Shown here: positions 8,795-19,152 of the stretch, piece by piece
Layout of the letters: each line of letters starts with the position of its first letter
How positions within the stretch are numbered: the stretch's first letter is position 1
DNA from: an uncultured Clostridia bacterium
Lineage (GTDB): Bacteria > Bacillota > Clostridia > Christensenellales > CAG-138
DNA length: 64,000 nucleotides
Assembly (NCBI GenBank): GCA_944336475.1
Contig: CALVLD010000008.1
Location: 799-64,798, forward strand
Direction of reading: 5' to 3'
Made by a program: the position numbers and the translations under genes
The notes under the pieces: model-generated
What the model was told of the DNA's origin: nothing
The model's database searches: none
Seen by the model: the letters and a program-made list of their open reading frames with translations, nothing else

Positions 8795-8830
8795 CAAAGC
8801 CCCGTTTATCCTGTGATGAGCGGGGCTTTG
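8795..8830. terminator. Perfect 10-bp stem hairpin between convergent genes
   Basis: CAAAGCCCCG (8795-8804) pairs with CGGGGCTTTG (8821-8830), followed by TTG. Confidence 0.5.
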
Positions 8831-9126
8831 TTGCGGAAAAGTACGGATAAAACGAGTGAGGCGGTCCTATGCCGAGAGTACTCGGCTATCCCTTCCATGC
8901 TCTGCACGGCATGTGGGAACCTCCGATATCTGTGAAGAACGATTCTCGCCTCCTGTCGCTTTTTTGCTTCTATCAAACCATTTTGCTTCCTTGTTCAAAA
9001 CAAAAACGCAACGGACAACGCCCATCTTCACGGGATTCACTGCCAGTCCGGGGCTGCTTTGACACAGGGACAGCCGTTATTCCCCCGTGACGCTGCTTGG
9101 CGGAGGCTTTGTACCGTCCGTCCGTA

Positions 9127-10014
9127 TCACAGCTCCGGCACAAACTCCAAATACTCGCTGTGGGTGTAGTTGAGCGTGAGTTTGTCCCCATCCCAGCGCG
9201 CTATGGAGAGCCAGTCGTCAAAATCCGGCTCGACTATTACTATGCGGTTGCCATGCTGTTCCCATACTATGGTGCTGTACACCCCGTACATTATGAGCTC
9301 GCCCGTGCCGCCCTCATTGAGCGTGAGGAACACCTCGTCGGCGGTGTATTTGTCATCCACATCGACGAATGTGCAGGCATAATCCCCCGTGGGAACGGAC
9401 GCATCGGGGCATATGTCGAACACATAGCGGTCATAGCCGTAGGTAAGGTCAAGGCTCGTACCGTCCCATACGGCAACGGAGCGGTAGTCATCATAGTCGG
9501 GCTCGACGATCACTATCCTGTTGCCATGCAAGCTCCACGTGGCGTCGCTTGGAATACGATCCATATAGAGCACGCATGTGCCGTCGGCGGCAAATTCTAT
9601 CCACACCTGCTCTGCGGTGAAATCGTCACTCTCGGCGCTCACGCACTCATATGTGCCGATGGGGGCGTCAAGCGCCGGAGCCTTTTCGAGTACATAGTCA
9701 TCAAAACCGTAGTCGTATTTGAGCTTGTTACCATCCCAAGTAAGGTAGCTCACCGTATCGTCATACTCGGGCTCGGTCACAACGATCTTGCCGAATGTAG
9801 ACCGTTCCCATGTGAAGTTACTCACGGAGAAGCCCATGTACAGCACGCCCGTGCCGTCGGCGGCAAACTCCATCCAAACCTCATCGGCTTCGAAATTCGA
9901 CGAGTCGGCATGTGTGCAGACAAATACGCCCTCAGGCGGCTCGGACTCGGTGCCGCAGGCGGCAAGGCCGAATGCAAGTATAATTGCCAATGAAATGGCA
10001 GCAAATCTCCTCAT
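9127..10014 (-). CDS. Lipoprotein built of three tandem ~85-aa repeats
   Basis: MRRFAAISLAIILAFGLAAC gives a signal peptide plus lipobox. AGGAGG lies upstream of the ATG at 10014. Three units each carry ...DEVW(M/I)EFAADGTGVLYM...HGNRIVIVEPDYDD...WDG..L. Confidence 0.75.
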   Translation of the reverse strand: MRRFAAISLAIILAFGLAACGTESEPPEGVFVCTHADSSNFEADEVWMEFAADGTGVLYMGFSVSNFTWERSTFGKIVVTEPEYDDTVSYLTWDGNKLKYDYGFDDYVLEKAPALDAPIGTYECVSAESDDFTAEQVWIEFAADGTCVLYMDRIPSDATWSLHGNRIVIVEPDYDDYRSVAVWDGTSLDLTYGYDRYVFDICPDASVPTGDYACTFVDVDDKYTADEVFLTLNEGGTGELIMYGVYSTIVWEQHGNRIVIVEPDFDDWLSIARWDGDKLTLNYTHSEYLEFVPEL

Positions 10015-10066
10015 AAAACACCTCCTAATTATCACATGTCTATTATATGAAAGCAAATGCACCCTG

Positions 10067-10945
10067 TCAATTGCGGCGCTTTCTTATGAACGGCTTTGTC
10101 TCGATACTCTCCGTGAGCAGGCCGTACATATCAGGGCGGCGGTATGCGTTGCCGTGCACCTCGGTACTGCGGTAAAGACGCAGCATATCCAAGTCAAGCC
10201 CGGCCATATAAATTCCCTCCTGCGGCCCTGCAAGCAGTATGCAGGTGTCCCGTGAGCCGTCCAGCTCCGGCAGATATGCTACTCCGTCGAACACGCTTGA
10301 GCACCCATTGCAGTCTGGCACGCCCTCGGGGTAGTTGCAGGTGGCAATGGCAAGCATGTTCTCATACGCCCTTCCGCGAAGCTGCGAAAGGCGGTTTATC
10401 TCCATGGGGCAGGCGTTGGGCACGAGTATAAGCTCCGCACCCTTGAGCATGAGTATCCTTGCGCTCTCGGGGAACTCTCGGTCATAGCATATCATGGCAC
10501 CGACATTGATGGAGCCTGCAGCGGTGTCAAGCTCGGTCACGAGGAAATCATCCCCGGGGGAGAGCTTTATCTCCGCACCGAAATCGCAGGTATGTACCTT
10601 TGAATACACGAGCCGCCGCTCGCCGTGGCGGTCGAACAGCACGAGGGTGTTGCGGGGTTTGGGCTTGTGCGACTCAAGCAGCGTTATGCCTATCGCCATG
10701 GAAAGCTCCGCTGCCAGACGCCCAAATGAGCTTACAAATCCACCGCCTGCGTATATCGCCCGTGCGGAAAGCTCTGCAGACGAGGCTTGCTCGATATCGT
10801 AGCCGCAGCTCCACATCTCCGGAAAGAGAGCGATGTCCGCCCCAAGCCCCTTTGCCTGCCTGCAAAGCTCCAGCCCTTTTTCAAGGTTTCCCTCAAGCGA
10901 GCCGCATGGCATCGCCTGAAGGAGAGCTATCCTCAAAACGCTCAC
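10067..10945 (-). CDS. Carbon-nitrogen hydrolase family protein (nitrilase/amidase superfamily)
   Basis: Motifs ALFPEMWSCGY, VHTCDFG and MICYDREFPESAR (catalytic Cys context). GTG start with GGAGG 6 nt upstream. Confidence 0.85.
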   Translation of the reverse strand: MSVLRIALLQAMPCGSLEGNLEKGLELCRQAKGLGADIALFPEMWSCGYDIEQASSAELSARAIYAGGGFVSSFGRLAAELSMAIGITLLESHKPKPRNTLVLFDRHGERRLVYSKVHTCDFGAEIKLSPGDDFLVTELDTAAGSINVGAMICYDREFPESARILMLKGAELILVPNACPMEINRLSQLRGRAYENMLAIATCNYPEGVPDCNGCSSVFDGVAYLPELDGSRDTCILLAGPQEGIYMAGLDLDMLRLYRSTEVHGNAYRRPDMYGLLTESIETKPFIRKRRN

Positions 10946-11050
10946 GGTACACCTCCGAACATTGATACGACAATTTTAATTCACGCCGCACTTCTTTGCA
11001 AGTATGGTTTTTTATTTGCGATTCGTTCACATAAGAGCCATATTGCCGTA

Positions 11051-11079
11051 TTGCAAAATCATATCGTTGGGGCTATAAT
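11051..11079 (+). promoter_or_regulatory. Promoter TTGCAA, 17-nt spacer, TATAAT upstream of tilS
   Basis: TTGCAA 11051-11056 and TATAAT 11074-11079. Confidence 0.5.
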
Positions 11080-11126
11080 ATAGAATGAGATGTTGTTTAT
11101 GCGTCGGAGATCGGGAGGAGGTCGCT

Positions 11127-12467
11127 ATGCTCGACAGGATTGCATCCACCATATCCGAGTATGGGCTGATGGCACACGGCGGTTCAGTGGTTGTGGGCGT
11201 GTCGGGCGGTGCGGATTCAATAGCACTGCTGTATATGCTCCTGCGCCTTGCTCCGCAGCACGGTTGGCGTGTCTGCGCCGCTCACTTCAACCACGGCATA
11301 CGGGGTGTGGGTGCGGAGGAGGACGAGCTGTTCGTCAGGGAGTTCTGCGAGGCGCACGGCGTGCCGCTCGCCTGTGAAACGGGCGATGTGTCGGCATACG
11401 CAAGGGCAAACGGAATGTCCATAGAGTCCGCAGGGCGTACTCTGCGCTACGAGTTTCTGGAGAGGGAGCGGGTGCGCTTCGGCTGCGATGTGATTGCTGT
11501 TGCGCACCACATGGACGACAATGCGGAGAGCATACTGCTCCACCTTCTGCGTGGGAGCGGACTACTCGGGCTGACGGGCATACAGCCCCGTCGGGGGAAC
11601 ATAATCCGTCCGCTGATAAACGTCCGCCGAAGCGAGATAGAGAGCTATCTGGATGAGGAGGGGATCGCATTCTGCACTGATGAGACCAACCTTATCCCCG
11701 AGGGGACGCGCAACAGGCTTCGGTTGGACATCATCCCCTACATTGAGGAATACATCAACCCTGCTATAGTCTCAACGCTGTGCAGCACGGCGCAGCTGCT
11801 ACTTAAGGATGAGGCGCATCTCAATGCGGAGGCAGGCGTCGCACTCGAGGCGGCGAGGCGGAGCGGGGGTTTTGACCGTGCATATCTGGATGGAATAGAT
11901 CAGCCCATAAAGACCCGTGCCATACGCATGGCGCTTGCGGAGGCGGGGGCCGTCACGGACATTGAGCGAGTCCATGTCGAGGCGGTCTGTGAGCTGCTCC
12001 ACGGCAGGACGGGCGCAAGAATGACCCTTCCCAATGTAGAGGCATGGACAAGCTATGAGCTCATCAAGTTCGGCAAGCCCGAAAAGCACGAGCCGTTCGA
12101 GACGGAGCTTGTGATAGACGGCATAACGCATACGCCGCTTGGTGATTTTAGAACGGAGCTTACTGAAGGCTCTAAGGGTTTCTACAAGAGCAGGAGCACG
12201 GCATTCCTCGATTATGACAGGCTGACGCAGCCGCTTGTTGTGCGTACTCGCCGTGACGGCGACAGATTCCACCCGGTCAATGCTCCCGGCAGACGCAAGC
12301 TCAAGGAGTATTTCATAGACCGCAAGGTTGACCGCACGGAGCGGTACTGCATACCCCTCATAGCAATGGGGGAGGAGGTGCTGTTCGTAACGGGCTTTTC
12401 CTCATCAGAGACGGCAAAGATCACCGACGGAACAGAGCATATGCTCAAAATAGAGTATATCGGCTGA
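11127..12467 (+). CDS. tilS: tRNA(Ile)-lysidine synthetase
   Basis: PP-loop [24 protein letters not shown] lies before the ATG at 11127, and tilS-hpt adjacency is conserved. Confidence 0.9.
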   Translation: MLDRIASTISEYGLMAHGGSVVVGVSGGADSIALLYMLLRLAPQHGWRVCAAHFNHGIRGVGAEEDELFVREFCEAHGVPLACETGDVSAYARANGMSIESAGRTLRYEFLERERVRFGCDVIAVAHHMDDNAESILLHLLRGSGLLGLTGIQPRRGNIIRPLINVRRSEIESYLDEEGIAFCTDETNLIPEGTRNRLRLDIIPYIEEYINPAIVSTLCSTAQLLLKDEAHLNAEAGVALEAARRSGGFDRAYLDGIDQPIKTRAIRMALAEAGAVTDIERVHVEAVCELLHGRTGARMTLPNVEAWTSYELIKFGKPEKHEPFETELVIDGITHTPLGDFRTELTEGSKGFYKSRSTAFLDYDRLTQPLVVRTRRDGDRFHPVNAPGRRKLKEYFIDRKVDRTERYCIPLIAMGEEVLFVTGFSSSETAKITDGTEHMLKIEYIG

Positions 12468-12505
12468 TATCGATTCAGCACGGAATAAAAGAAACGGAGG
12501 CGACT

Positions 12506-13069
12506 ATGATTAACAAAATGGGGCTTACGGAGGACATCAAATACGTCCTTCTCAGCGAGGAGCAGATAAGGGCAAGGGTCAAGGAGCTTGGCGCGCAGCT
12601 TACCGAGGACTATCGGGGCAAGAACCCCATATTCCTCTGCGTGCTGAAGGGTGCGGTCAACTTCTATGCCGACCTTACACGAAGCATGGGTGACTACATG
12701 GAGATGGACTTCATATCCATTTCCTCCTATGGTGCGGCACAAAAGACATCCGGCATAGTCCGCATCAACAAAGATCTGGATTCCAGCATAACCGGCAGGC
12801 ATGTCATAATAGTCGAGGACATAATGGATTCCGGCCTCACGCTCAACCACCTCACATCCGTTTTGAGAACCCGTGAGCCTGCGTCGCTGAAGATAGTCTG
12901 CCTGCTCGACAAGCCTGAACGCCGTGAGTGCGCCATCACCCCTGACTATGTGGGCTTCGTCATCCCCAATGAGTTTGTTGTGGGCTATGGCCTTGACTTT
13001 GCAGGGACGTATCGCAATCTGCCCTTCATAGGCGTGCTTAAACCCGAGGTATATACGGAGGCAAAATGA
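12506..13069 (+). CDS. hpt: Hypoxanthine phosphoribosyltransferase
   Basis: PRPP-binding motif [14 protein letters not shown]. The N-terminus reads ...[20 protein letters not shown]. Confidence 0.9.
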   Translation: MINKMGLTEDIKYVLLSEEQIRARVKELGAQLTEDYRGKNPIFLCVLKGAVNFYADLTRSMGDYMEMDFISISSYGAAQKTSGIVRINKDLDSSITGRHVIIVEDIMDSGLTLNHLTSVLRTREPASLKIVCLLDKPERRECAITPDYVGFVIPNEFVVGYGLDFAGTYRNLPFIGVLKPEVYTEAK

Positions 13070-14088
13070 ATACCGTGCTATTAACGGGTGGTGCGGGCTA
13101 TATAGGCTCGCACACGGCGGTCTGTCTCATGAGGTGCGGCTATGGCGTCATTATTGCCGACAATCTGATAAACTCCGTGAGGGAGGTCATCCCCCGTATT
13201 GAGGAGCTCGGCGGTAGAGCCGTCCGCTTCCATGAGGTTGATATGTGCGATGAAAGGGCTGTTGAGGAGCTTTTTTCTGCGAGTCCCGACATAGGCTCGG
13301 TCATACACTTCGCAGGGCTCAAGTGCGTGCCGGAATCGGTGCGTGAGCCCCTGCGCTACTATCAAAACAACCTCGGCGCAACCGTTACGCTCATGCAGGC
13401 AATGCAGAGGCACGGGGTGAAGCGACTCGTGTTCAGCTCGTCTGCAACGGTCTATGGTGACCCGGAGACAGTGCCGATAAGCGAGACAGCGCCCGTCGGA
13501 GGATGCACAAATGCCTATGGGCGCTCCAAGTACATATCCGAGTGCATCATGCAGGATGCCTGCAAGGCGGATGCGGAGCTCAGCGTCGTGCTGCTCCGCT
13601 ACTTCAACCCCATAGGCGCCGATGAGAGCGGCAGGATAGGGGAGAACCCCTTCGGCGTGCCTAACAACCTCCTGCCCTATGTGGCGCAGGTGGCGGTAGG
13701 GAGGAGGGAAAAGCTCTTTGTAAACGGCAACGACTATCCCACTCCCGACGGTACGGGCGTGCGTGATTATATCCACGTTACGGATCTTGCCCGTGGGCAC
13801 GAGCGTGCGCTCCGCTATACCGAAGCGCACAAGGGGTGCGAGGCGATAAACCTCGGCACGGGCAAGGGAGCAAGCGTGCTCGATGTCGTAAGGGAGTTCT
13901 CAAACGCCAGCGGCGTCGATATCCCCTTTGAGTTTGCGCCGAGGCGGCCGGGCGATATCGCCGTATGCTATGCCGACCCCCGGAAGGCGTGGGAGCTGCT
14001 GGGCTGGAAGGCGGAGAAAGATCTGCACGATATGTGCCTTGACACATGGCGCTGGCAGAGCGCCAACCCCAACGGATACACTGACTGA
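13066..14088 (+). CDS. galE: UDP-glucose 4-epimerase
   Basis: [14 protein letters not shown] and the YGRSKY catalytic motif. ATGA overlap with hpt. Confidence 0.9.
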   Translation: MNTVLLTGGAGYIGSHTAVCLMRCGYGVIIADNLINSVREVIPRIEELGGRAVRFHEVDMCDERAVEELFSASPDIGSVIHFAGLKCVPESVREPLRYYQNNLGATVTLMQAMQRHGVKRLVFSSSATVYGDPETVPISETAPVGGCTNAYGRSKYISECIMQDACKADAELSVVLLRYFNPIGADESGRIGENPFGVPNNLLPYVAQVAVGRREKLFVNGNDYPTPDGTGVRDYIHVTDLARGHERALRYTEAHKGCEAINLGTGKGASVLDVVREFSNASGVDIPFEFAPRRPGDIAVCYADPRKAWELLGWKAEKDLHDMCLDTWRWQSANPNGYTD

Positions 14089-14103
14089 AAGGAATGCTGA
14101 ACC

Positions 14104-15234
14104 ATGGACGAACAGGATAGGGAAGCTCATGTGCCCGATGGGCGGACAAAAAAGAAAAAGCTCGGAAAGGGCGGCCTGACAGCCATCATTGCGGGCTCTC
14201 TCGTGATGGCCATCATACTGGGAGCGTTCGGCTTTGTCTACTTCAAGCTCAAGGCCATGAGCCGGAATGCCACTGGAACCGTGCCCAAGCCCACGGTCAA
14301 TCCTGTGACGCAGGTCACCGCACCGCCTTCGGATCTCGTTATAATCGACGGAGAACCGGAGGATCTCACCCAGGACTATGATGCTCCCATCGACCCTTCG
14401 GACATATATGCCGATCCCATCTATCAGGAGGATCAGATCGATCCTGACGTATTGAACATACTCCTTCTGGGTGATGATGGCAGGGATTCATACGATTCCG
14501 GCCGCTCGGATGTAATGCTGCTGTTGTCGTACAACAAGCGTCTCAACACGATCAAGATGATATCCCTCCTGCGTGACACATGGATATACATCCCCGGGCG
14601 TGACACATGGAACCGCATAAATACCGCATACCGCTTCGGCGGCGTCGGCCTTGCGATAAACACGGTCAACACCAATTTTCAGCTTGATGTGCAGTACTAT
14701 GCCCTCATTCATTTCAGGGACATAGTTGAGATCACCGACTATCTGGGCGGCATCGACATAGAGCTTACCGCAAAGGAGGCGGAGCTCATAAACGCCAGGA
14801 GCGGCAGCCCTAACACTCTGCCGGAGGTCAGCGGCATGCACCATCTCGATGGGCTCCAGACATTTGCTCATGCCCGCAACCGCAGCATCGGCAACGGCGA
14901 CTGGTCGAGGACGGAGCGGCAGCGGCAGATTCTGTCCGCATTCTTTGAAAAGGCCAAGCAGCAGGAGTCTGCTACTGCGCTGGCGGAGCTCGTGTTCAAC
15001 CTGATGGGCTATGTGGAGACGAATATGTCCCCTACGCAGATACTCTCCATAGCTACGAGCGTCGTGTTTAGTGAAAAGTCCGTCACACCGGAAACGGCAA
15101 CGATACCCTGTCCCGGCTCATGGACATATGCGTATGAGGGGCGCATGGCGGTAATACATATAAACCTGGAGGAGAATGTTCGCTGGCTGCGTGAATTTCT
15201 CTACGGAACGGAGGATGACGCCGGCAGTGAATGA
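14104..15234 (+). CDS. LytR-CpsA-Psr (LCP) family cell-envelope phosphotransferase
   Basis: An N-terminal TM segment, then ILLLGDDGRD...RSDVMLLLSYN...ISLLRDTWIYIPG...INTAYRFGG. Confidence 0.85.
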   Translation: MDEQDREAHVPDGRTKKKKLGKGGLTAIIAGSLVMAIILGAFGFVYFKLKAMSRNATGTVPKPTVNPVTQVTAPPSDLVIIDGEPEDLTQDYDAPIDPSDIYADPIYQEDQIDPDVLNILLLGDDGRDSYDSGRSDVMLLLSYNKRLNTIKMISLLRDTWIYIPGRDTWNRINTAYRFGGVGLAINTVNTNFQLDVQYYALIHFRDIVEITDYLGGIDIELTAKEAELINARSGSPNTLPEVSGMHHLDGLQTFAHARNRSIGNGDWSRTERQRQILSAFFEKAKQQESATALAELVFNLMGYVETNMSPTQILSIATSVVFSEKSVTPETATIPCPGSWTYAYEGRMAVIHINLEENVRWLREFLYGTEDDAGSE

Positions 15235-15247
15235 CAGGGATAAGGAC

Positions 15248-16183
15248 ATGGTGGAGCAAAAAACAACGGGCACATCCCTGCTTGGCGGCCGCAAGCGTGC
15301 GATGCTGGTGGTCAACCCGGTAGCAGGTGCAAACAGGGGAATTTCGGTGATTGCCCCATCCATACGAGCATTGTCGGAGGCGGGGTATATCACAACGTCA
15401 TACACCACCACCTGTGCCGGTGATGCGATAGACGTGGTATCGCGCTATGCGTCGGAGACGGAGCTTCTCATATGCAGTGGCGGCGACGGCACCGTTAATG
15501 AGGTCGTCCGTGGGCTGATGACGCTGCCCAGGGATGACCGCCCCCCCGTGGGCTATATCCCCACGGGTTCTACGAACGACTTCTCCACAGCGCTCAAACT
15601 GCCCAAGCGTGCCGACTTGCTCATCCAAAATGCCATATATGGCAGGGATATGTGGCTCGACGTTGGCAGCTTTAACGGCAGGCATTACAACTACCTTGCC
15701 TCGTTCGGTGCGTTCACTGACATGTGCTATTCCACTCCGCAGGAGGTCAAGAATGCGCTCGGATTCATTGCCTATTTCGGGAGCAGCCTTACCTCCATAG
15801 CCAACATAAGGCCCATACGCTCGACCGTCATAATGGAGGATGTCGCTGTGACGGGGGAGTTTGCCTTTGCCGCCGTCACCAACACACCGAGCGTGGTGGG
15901 ACTCATCAATTACGGTGCGGATAAGGTATGCCTCAATGACGGCAGTTTTGAAGTCATACTGATACGCTATCCAGAGAATGCCGCAGACCTCGGCGTTATC
16001 GCACGCTCGATAACCACGGGCAATTTTGAGGATAAGCGTGTGATGAAGTTTACCGCAAGCGAGGTCAGATTTCATTTTGATATTCCCATCGCATGGATAC
16101 TCGACGGAGAGGAGCAGGACGGCTCCTGCGACGTTACCATCAGGAATTGCCCGAGGGCGATCCGCATGCGAGTGCCCGAATAG
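15248..16183 (+). CDS. Diacylglycerol/lipid kinase family protein (YegS/DagK-like)
   Basis: RAMLVVNPVAGANRG ... LLICSGGDGTVNEVV ... GYIPTGSTNDF. The ATG at 15248 is preferred over the ORF-track start, which overlaps the LCP gene. Confidence 0.8.
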   Translation: MVEQKTTGTSLLGGRKRAMLVVNPVAGANRGISVIAPSIRALSEAGYITTSYTTTCAGDAIDVVSRYASETELLICSGGDGTVNEVVRGLMTLPRDDRPPVGYIPTGSTNDFSTALKLPKRADLLIQNAIYGRDMWLDVGSFNGRHYNYLASFGAFTDMCYSTPQEVKNALGFIAYFGSSLTSIANIRPIRSTVIMEDVAVTGEFAFAAVTNTPSVVGLINYGADKVCLNDGSFEVILIRYPENAADLGVIARSITTGNFEDKRVMKFTASEVRFHFDIPIAWILDGEEQDGSCDVTIRNCPRAIRMRVPE

Positions 16184-16411
16184 CAGCTTCAGCATCAAAC
16201 GGCCGACAAATCAAATACGATCAAATATCGGGCAGCATTTAGACTCCGATCTCAGCCCATCGATAAGCTGAATGCTCCCATGTGCAAATGGAGCTTTCAG
16301 CATGACGCCCCAAAAGGCTCCCGTGTGTAAAGGGAGCCGTCGAAGCGGAGCTTTGACCAAGGGATTGGAAAGAAGCTACGGCAACATGTTTTCTAAAGTG
16401 GAAAATACACA

Positions 16412-16532
16412 CCGGAAAACTCAAGAATAAGCAGCTTATCAACATTCCAAACTGCTATTAACCAACGTTACTTTACAATCCCTCCGTCACGGCTGCGCCG
16501 TGCCGCCTTCCTTTACACAAGGGAGGCTTTGG
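16412..16532 (+). repeat. Repeat unit copy A (~120 bp)
   Basis: Aligns by eye with copy B. A 32-bp block CAATCCCTCCGTCACGGCTGCGCCGTGCCGCC is identical at 16476-16507. Confidence 0.7.
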
Positions 16533-16591
16533 TGTGGCTGAGCCGTGGTGTTGCACCCATTTGCATGGGGGAGCGCTTTGGTGCGTTCTTG

Positions 16592-16707
16592 CCGAAAACT
16601 AAAAAGCAGCTTATCGACATTCTAAGCTGCTATTTGCCGATGTTACCCTACAATCCCTCCGTCACGGCTGCGCCGTGCCGCCTCCCCTTGCGCAAGGGGG
16701 CTTTAGG
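16592..16707 (+). repeat. Repeat unit copy B (~116 bp)
   Basis: The same 32-bp block lies at 16651-16682. Flanking AAGCAGCTTATC(A/G)ACATTC is conserved, and the unit ends in the CCCCTTGCGCAAGGGG palindrome. Confidence 0.7.
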
Positions 16708-17003
16708 CGATTTGCAAAGCCGTCCACTTGCGACGATCACGCCTCCCCTTGCGCAAGGGGCTTTAGGGGTGGATGTGCTGTGTTGCATGCCTTTACACAA
16801 GGGAAGCATTGGCTTGCTAACGAAGGTTGAGAGTCAACTTTCGCACTGCATCCCCAAAATGACCCTCCTGTGCGTAACAGCGACGCTCACCTCACAGGAT
16901 ACCATCCTGTGGGGTATTGATGGGCTGAGAGCTCGGGCGGTCTTGCGACCCCCGATCTCTCTATAATGTTTATTCAAATAATTTCCCGGGAAATATCGAC
17001 GCA

Positions 17004-18398
17004 TCAACCGACTATACTGGGTATTTTGACCGTGAACACGCTCCCCACACCCTCTATGCTGTCGACGGATATGCTTCCGCCGTGCATTGAGGCTATCTCC
17101 TGCGCCATGGAAAGGCCGAGCCCCGTGCCCTCGTTAGAGCGGGAAGTGTCCGCCTGATAAAATCGCTCGAATATCCTCTCCCTGTTTTGGGGAGAGATAC
17201 CTATGCCGTCGTCGCTCACGGTGAGCACGGCGGCATCGCCGCACACGAGCTTGACACGGATATGCCCATTCTCCCGGCCGTAGCGGTAGGCGTTGCTTAT
17301 GAGGTTTGTCACAAGGCGGGAGAGCAGCTCCGCATTGCCGTTGACCATTATACCGGGGGTTATGTCCGCCTCCAGTGCGATGTTGTTCAGCCTCAGCGGA
17401 GTCATATCGTCGCAGACAGAACTTACCAGCTCAGAATAATCGAGAGGCTCAAGCACAAAGCTGTCTGCCTTGCGCTCAAGACGGGTGAAGCTGAGCATAT
17501 CGGATATGAGACGGCTCATCTTGCTGCCCTGACGCTGAACGGTCTGCAGGGCCTCAACATACTCCTCCTGTGAGCGCGGCTCCTCAAGCGTGTACTCGCA
17601 CTGAGCCATTATCACCGCCATGGGCGTGCGAAGCTCATGTGAGGCGTCTGAGGCAAACCGCTTCTCTGTCTCGAAGGCACGATCCAGGCGCTCAAACATA
17701 TCATCGAATGTGTTCGCCAGCCTGTGGAGCTCGTCGTCGCCCTCGCCTATATTTATGCGCTGCTTGAGATCCCTGCCGTTGGATATGCTGTTCGCCGCAT
17801 CGGATATGCGCCGTATGGGACGAAGCGCCCTGCCTGCAAACACATATCCACCGAGCAGCGCAGCCGCCACAAGCGCAGGAAGGGCATAAAGCGACATATG
17901 CGCCACCCGTGTGACGGGGGTCTGAGCCACCGTCTCCGGCACGGTACCACGAAGAAAGAGACCCTCTATCTCGAGTTTCCTGTCCAAAAGATAGTAGACG
18001 GAGCCGCTCGCATCTATGGTGCGAGGCACCCCGTCAACAAAGGCAACGCCCCTGGTATGCACGGCGATGGGATTCCTGCCGTAGAGCAGATCGCCGTTTT
18101 TGTTGTACAGTGCGGCGGTGATGCCGTTTATGCTGTGGAGATAGTCATCATCGACCGCAAGATATCCATCCCCATAGGCAATGTACTGCGCTCCTCCGTC
18201 ATAGCCTCCGCCCATGCTGTCGACATATTTTATCTCTACAACATTATCCTCGAGCAGATATGCAAGATCCTCACGGAGCTGCTTCTGCATAACGCTCTCA
18301 AGCACGAGCACAAGCACAAGACAGGCAAGCCCGACTATCACTATGAGCACTGCCGCAAACCAGAGGGTTATCTTCAGCCTTATGGAGAGCTTATTCAT
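17004..18398 (-). CDS. Sensor histidine kinase (HAMP-HisKA-HATPase)
   Basis: Two TM segments, an H-box FASDASHELRTPM, an N-box LISNAYRY and a G-box TGLGLSMAQEI. Confidence 0.9.
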   Translation of the reverse strand: MNKLSIRLKITLWFAAVLIVIVGLACLVLVLVLESVMQKQLREDLAYLLEDNVVEIKYVDSMGGGYDGGAQYIAYGDGYLAVDDDYLHSINGITAALYNKNGDLLYGRNPIAVHTRGVAFVDGVPRTIDASGSVYYLLDRKLEIEGLFLRGTVPETVAQTPVTRVAHMSLYALPALVAAALLGGYVFAGRALRPIRRISDAANSISNGRDLKQRINIGEGDDELHRLANTFDDMFERLDRAFETEKRFASDASHELRTPMAVIMAQCEYTLEEPRSQEEYVEALQTVQRQGSKMSRLISDMLSFTRLERKADSFVLEPLDYSELVSSVCDDMTPLRLNNIALEADITPGIMVNGNAELLSRLVTNLISNAYRYGRENGHIRVKLVCGDAAVLTVSDDGIGISPQNRERIFERFYQADTSRSNEGTGLGLSMAQEIASMHGGSISVDSIEGVGSVFTVKIPSIVG

Positions 18399-19069
18399 CA
18401 GTCCACCCGGATCATATAGCCCTTTCCGCGAACGGTCTGTATCAGCGTGCCATCACGCCCGGCATCGAGCTTCTTCCTGAGGTAGCTTATATACACGTCA
18501 ACTACATTAGTGCCTCCCTCATAGTCAAAGTTCCAGACATGGTTCTCCAGCTTCTCACGGGAGAGCACTATGCCCTTGTTGCGCATGAGGTATTCGAGCA
18601 TGGAGTACTCCTTGGAGGAGAGCTGTATGTCTATGCCGCCCCGCTTCACGGTGTGTGCTGCGCAGTCGAGCGTGACGTCCCCTGCAGTCAGCACATTCCC
18701 CACCAGGCCGAATGTCCCACGGGTCATTGCCCGTATGCGAGCCATCAGCTCGGGGAATGAGAAGGGCTTCACCATGTAATCATTTGCGCCGAGGTCAAGC
18801 CCGTGCACCTTGTCGTTTACGGAGTCCCTTGCGGTCAAAAACAGCGTGGGAGCCTTTTTGCCCATCTCACGCATACGCCTGAGCACTGTAAAGCCATCTG
18901 CCCCGGGCATCATAACATCGAGTATCACTGCATCGTAATCGGCGGCGGCTATGCAGTCCAAAGCCTCCGCACCGTCAAAGCAGGAGTCAACGCTGTAGCC
19001 CTCCGATTTGAGCTTCATGGTGATTATTCGGTTGAGGTCACGTTCGTCCTCGGCAAGCAGTATTCTCAT
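18398..19069 (-). CDS. OmpR-family response regulator
   Basis: MRILLAEDERDL..., the phospho-acceptor context AVILDVMMPG, and a winged-helix C-terminus. AGGAGG lies 8 nt upstream of the ATG at 19069. Confidence 0.9.
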   Translation of the reverse strand: MRILLAEDERDLNRIITMKLKSEGYSVDSCFDGAEALDCIAAADYDAVILDVMMPGADGFTVLRRMREMGKKAPTLFLTARDSVNDKVHGLDLGANDYMVKPFSFPELMARIRAMTRGTFGLVGNVLTAGDVTLDCAAHTVKRGGIDIQLSSKEYSMLEYLMRNKGIVLSREKLENHVWNFDYEGGTNVVDVYISYLRKKLDAGRDGTLIQTVRGKGYMIRVD

Positions 19070-19152
19070 ATGGGTCACCTCCTACGACGAACAGCATAGC
19101 GCAGGAACATTAAGATCTGATTAGAGGATGCAAAAATTTTCCAAACTTCGGC

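Larger units (their letters stand above)
16262..16812. repeat. Intergenic field of degenerate repeat units and hairpins (REP/MITE-like)
   Basis: Units occur in both orientations. They share motifs CCTTTACACAAGGGA/CTCCCGTGTGTAAAGGGAG, CCCATTTGCATGGGG/CCCATGTGCAAATGG, and the 16-bp palindrome CCCCTTGCGCAAGGGG at 16684-16699 and 16745-16760. Confidence 0.65.

Noticed and set aside
9097-9993. A 298-aa plus-strand ORF overlapping the lipoprotein gene.
   Set aside because: It is the antisense shadow of the minus-strand lipoprotein, which has a signal peptide, a lipobox, an RBS and a clear repeat architecture.
16239-16966. The ORF-track proteins in the repeat field (68 aa on the minus strand, 145 aa on the plus strand). 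I also considered whether the repeats form a CRISPR array.
   Set aside because: The peptides are read-through of repeat units (…PSVTAAPCRLPLRKGALG…). The repeats are degenerate, irregularly spaced and present in both orientations, with no unique equal-length spacers and no cas genes, so this is not a CRISPR array.
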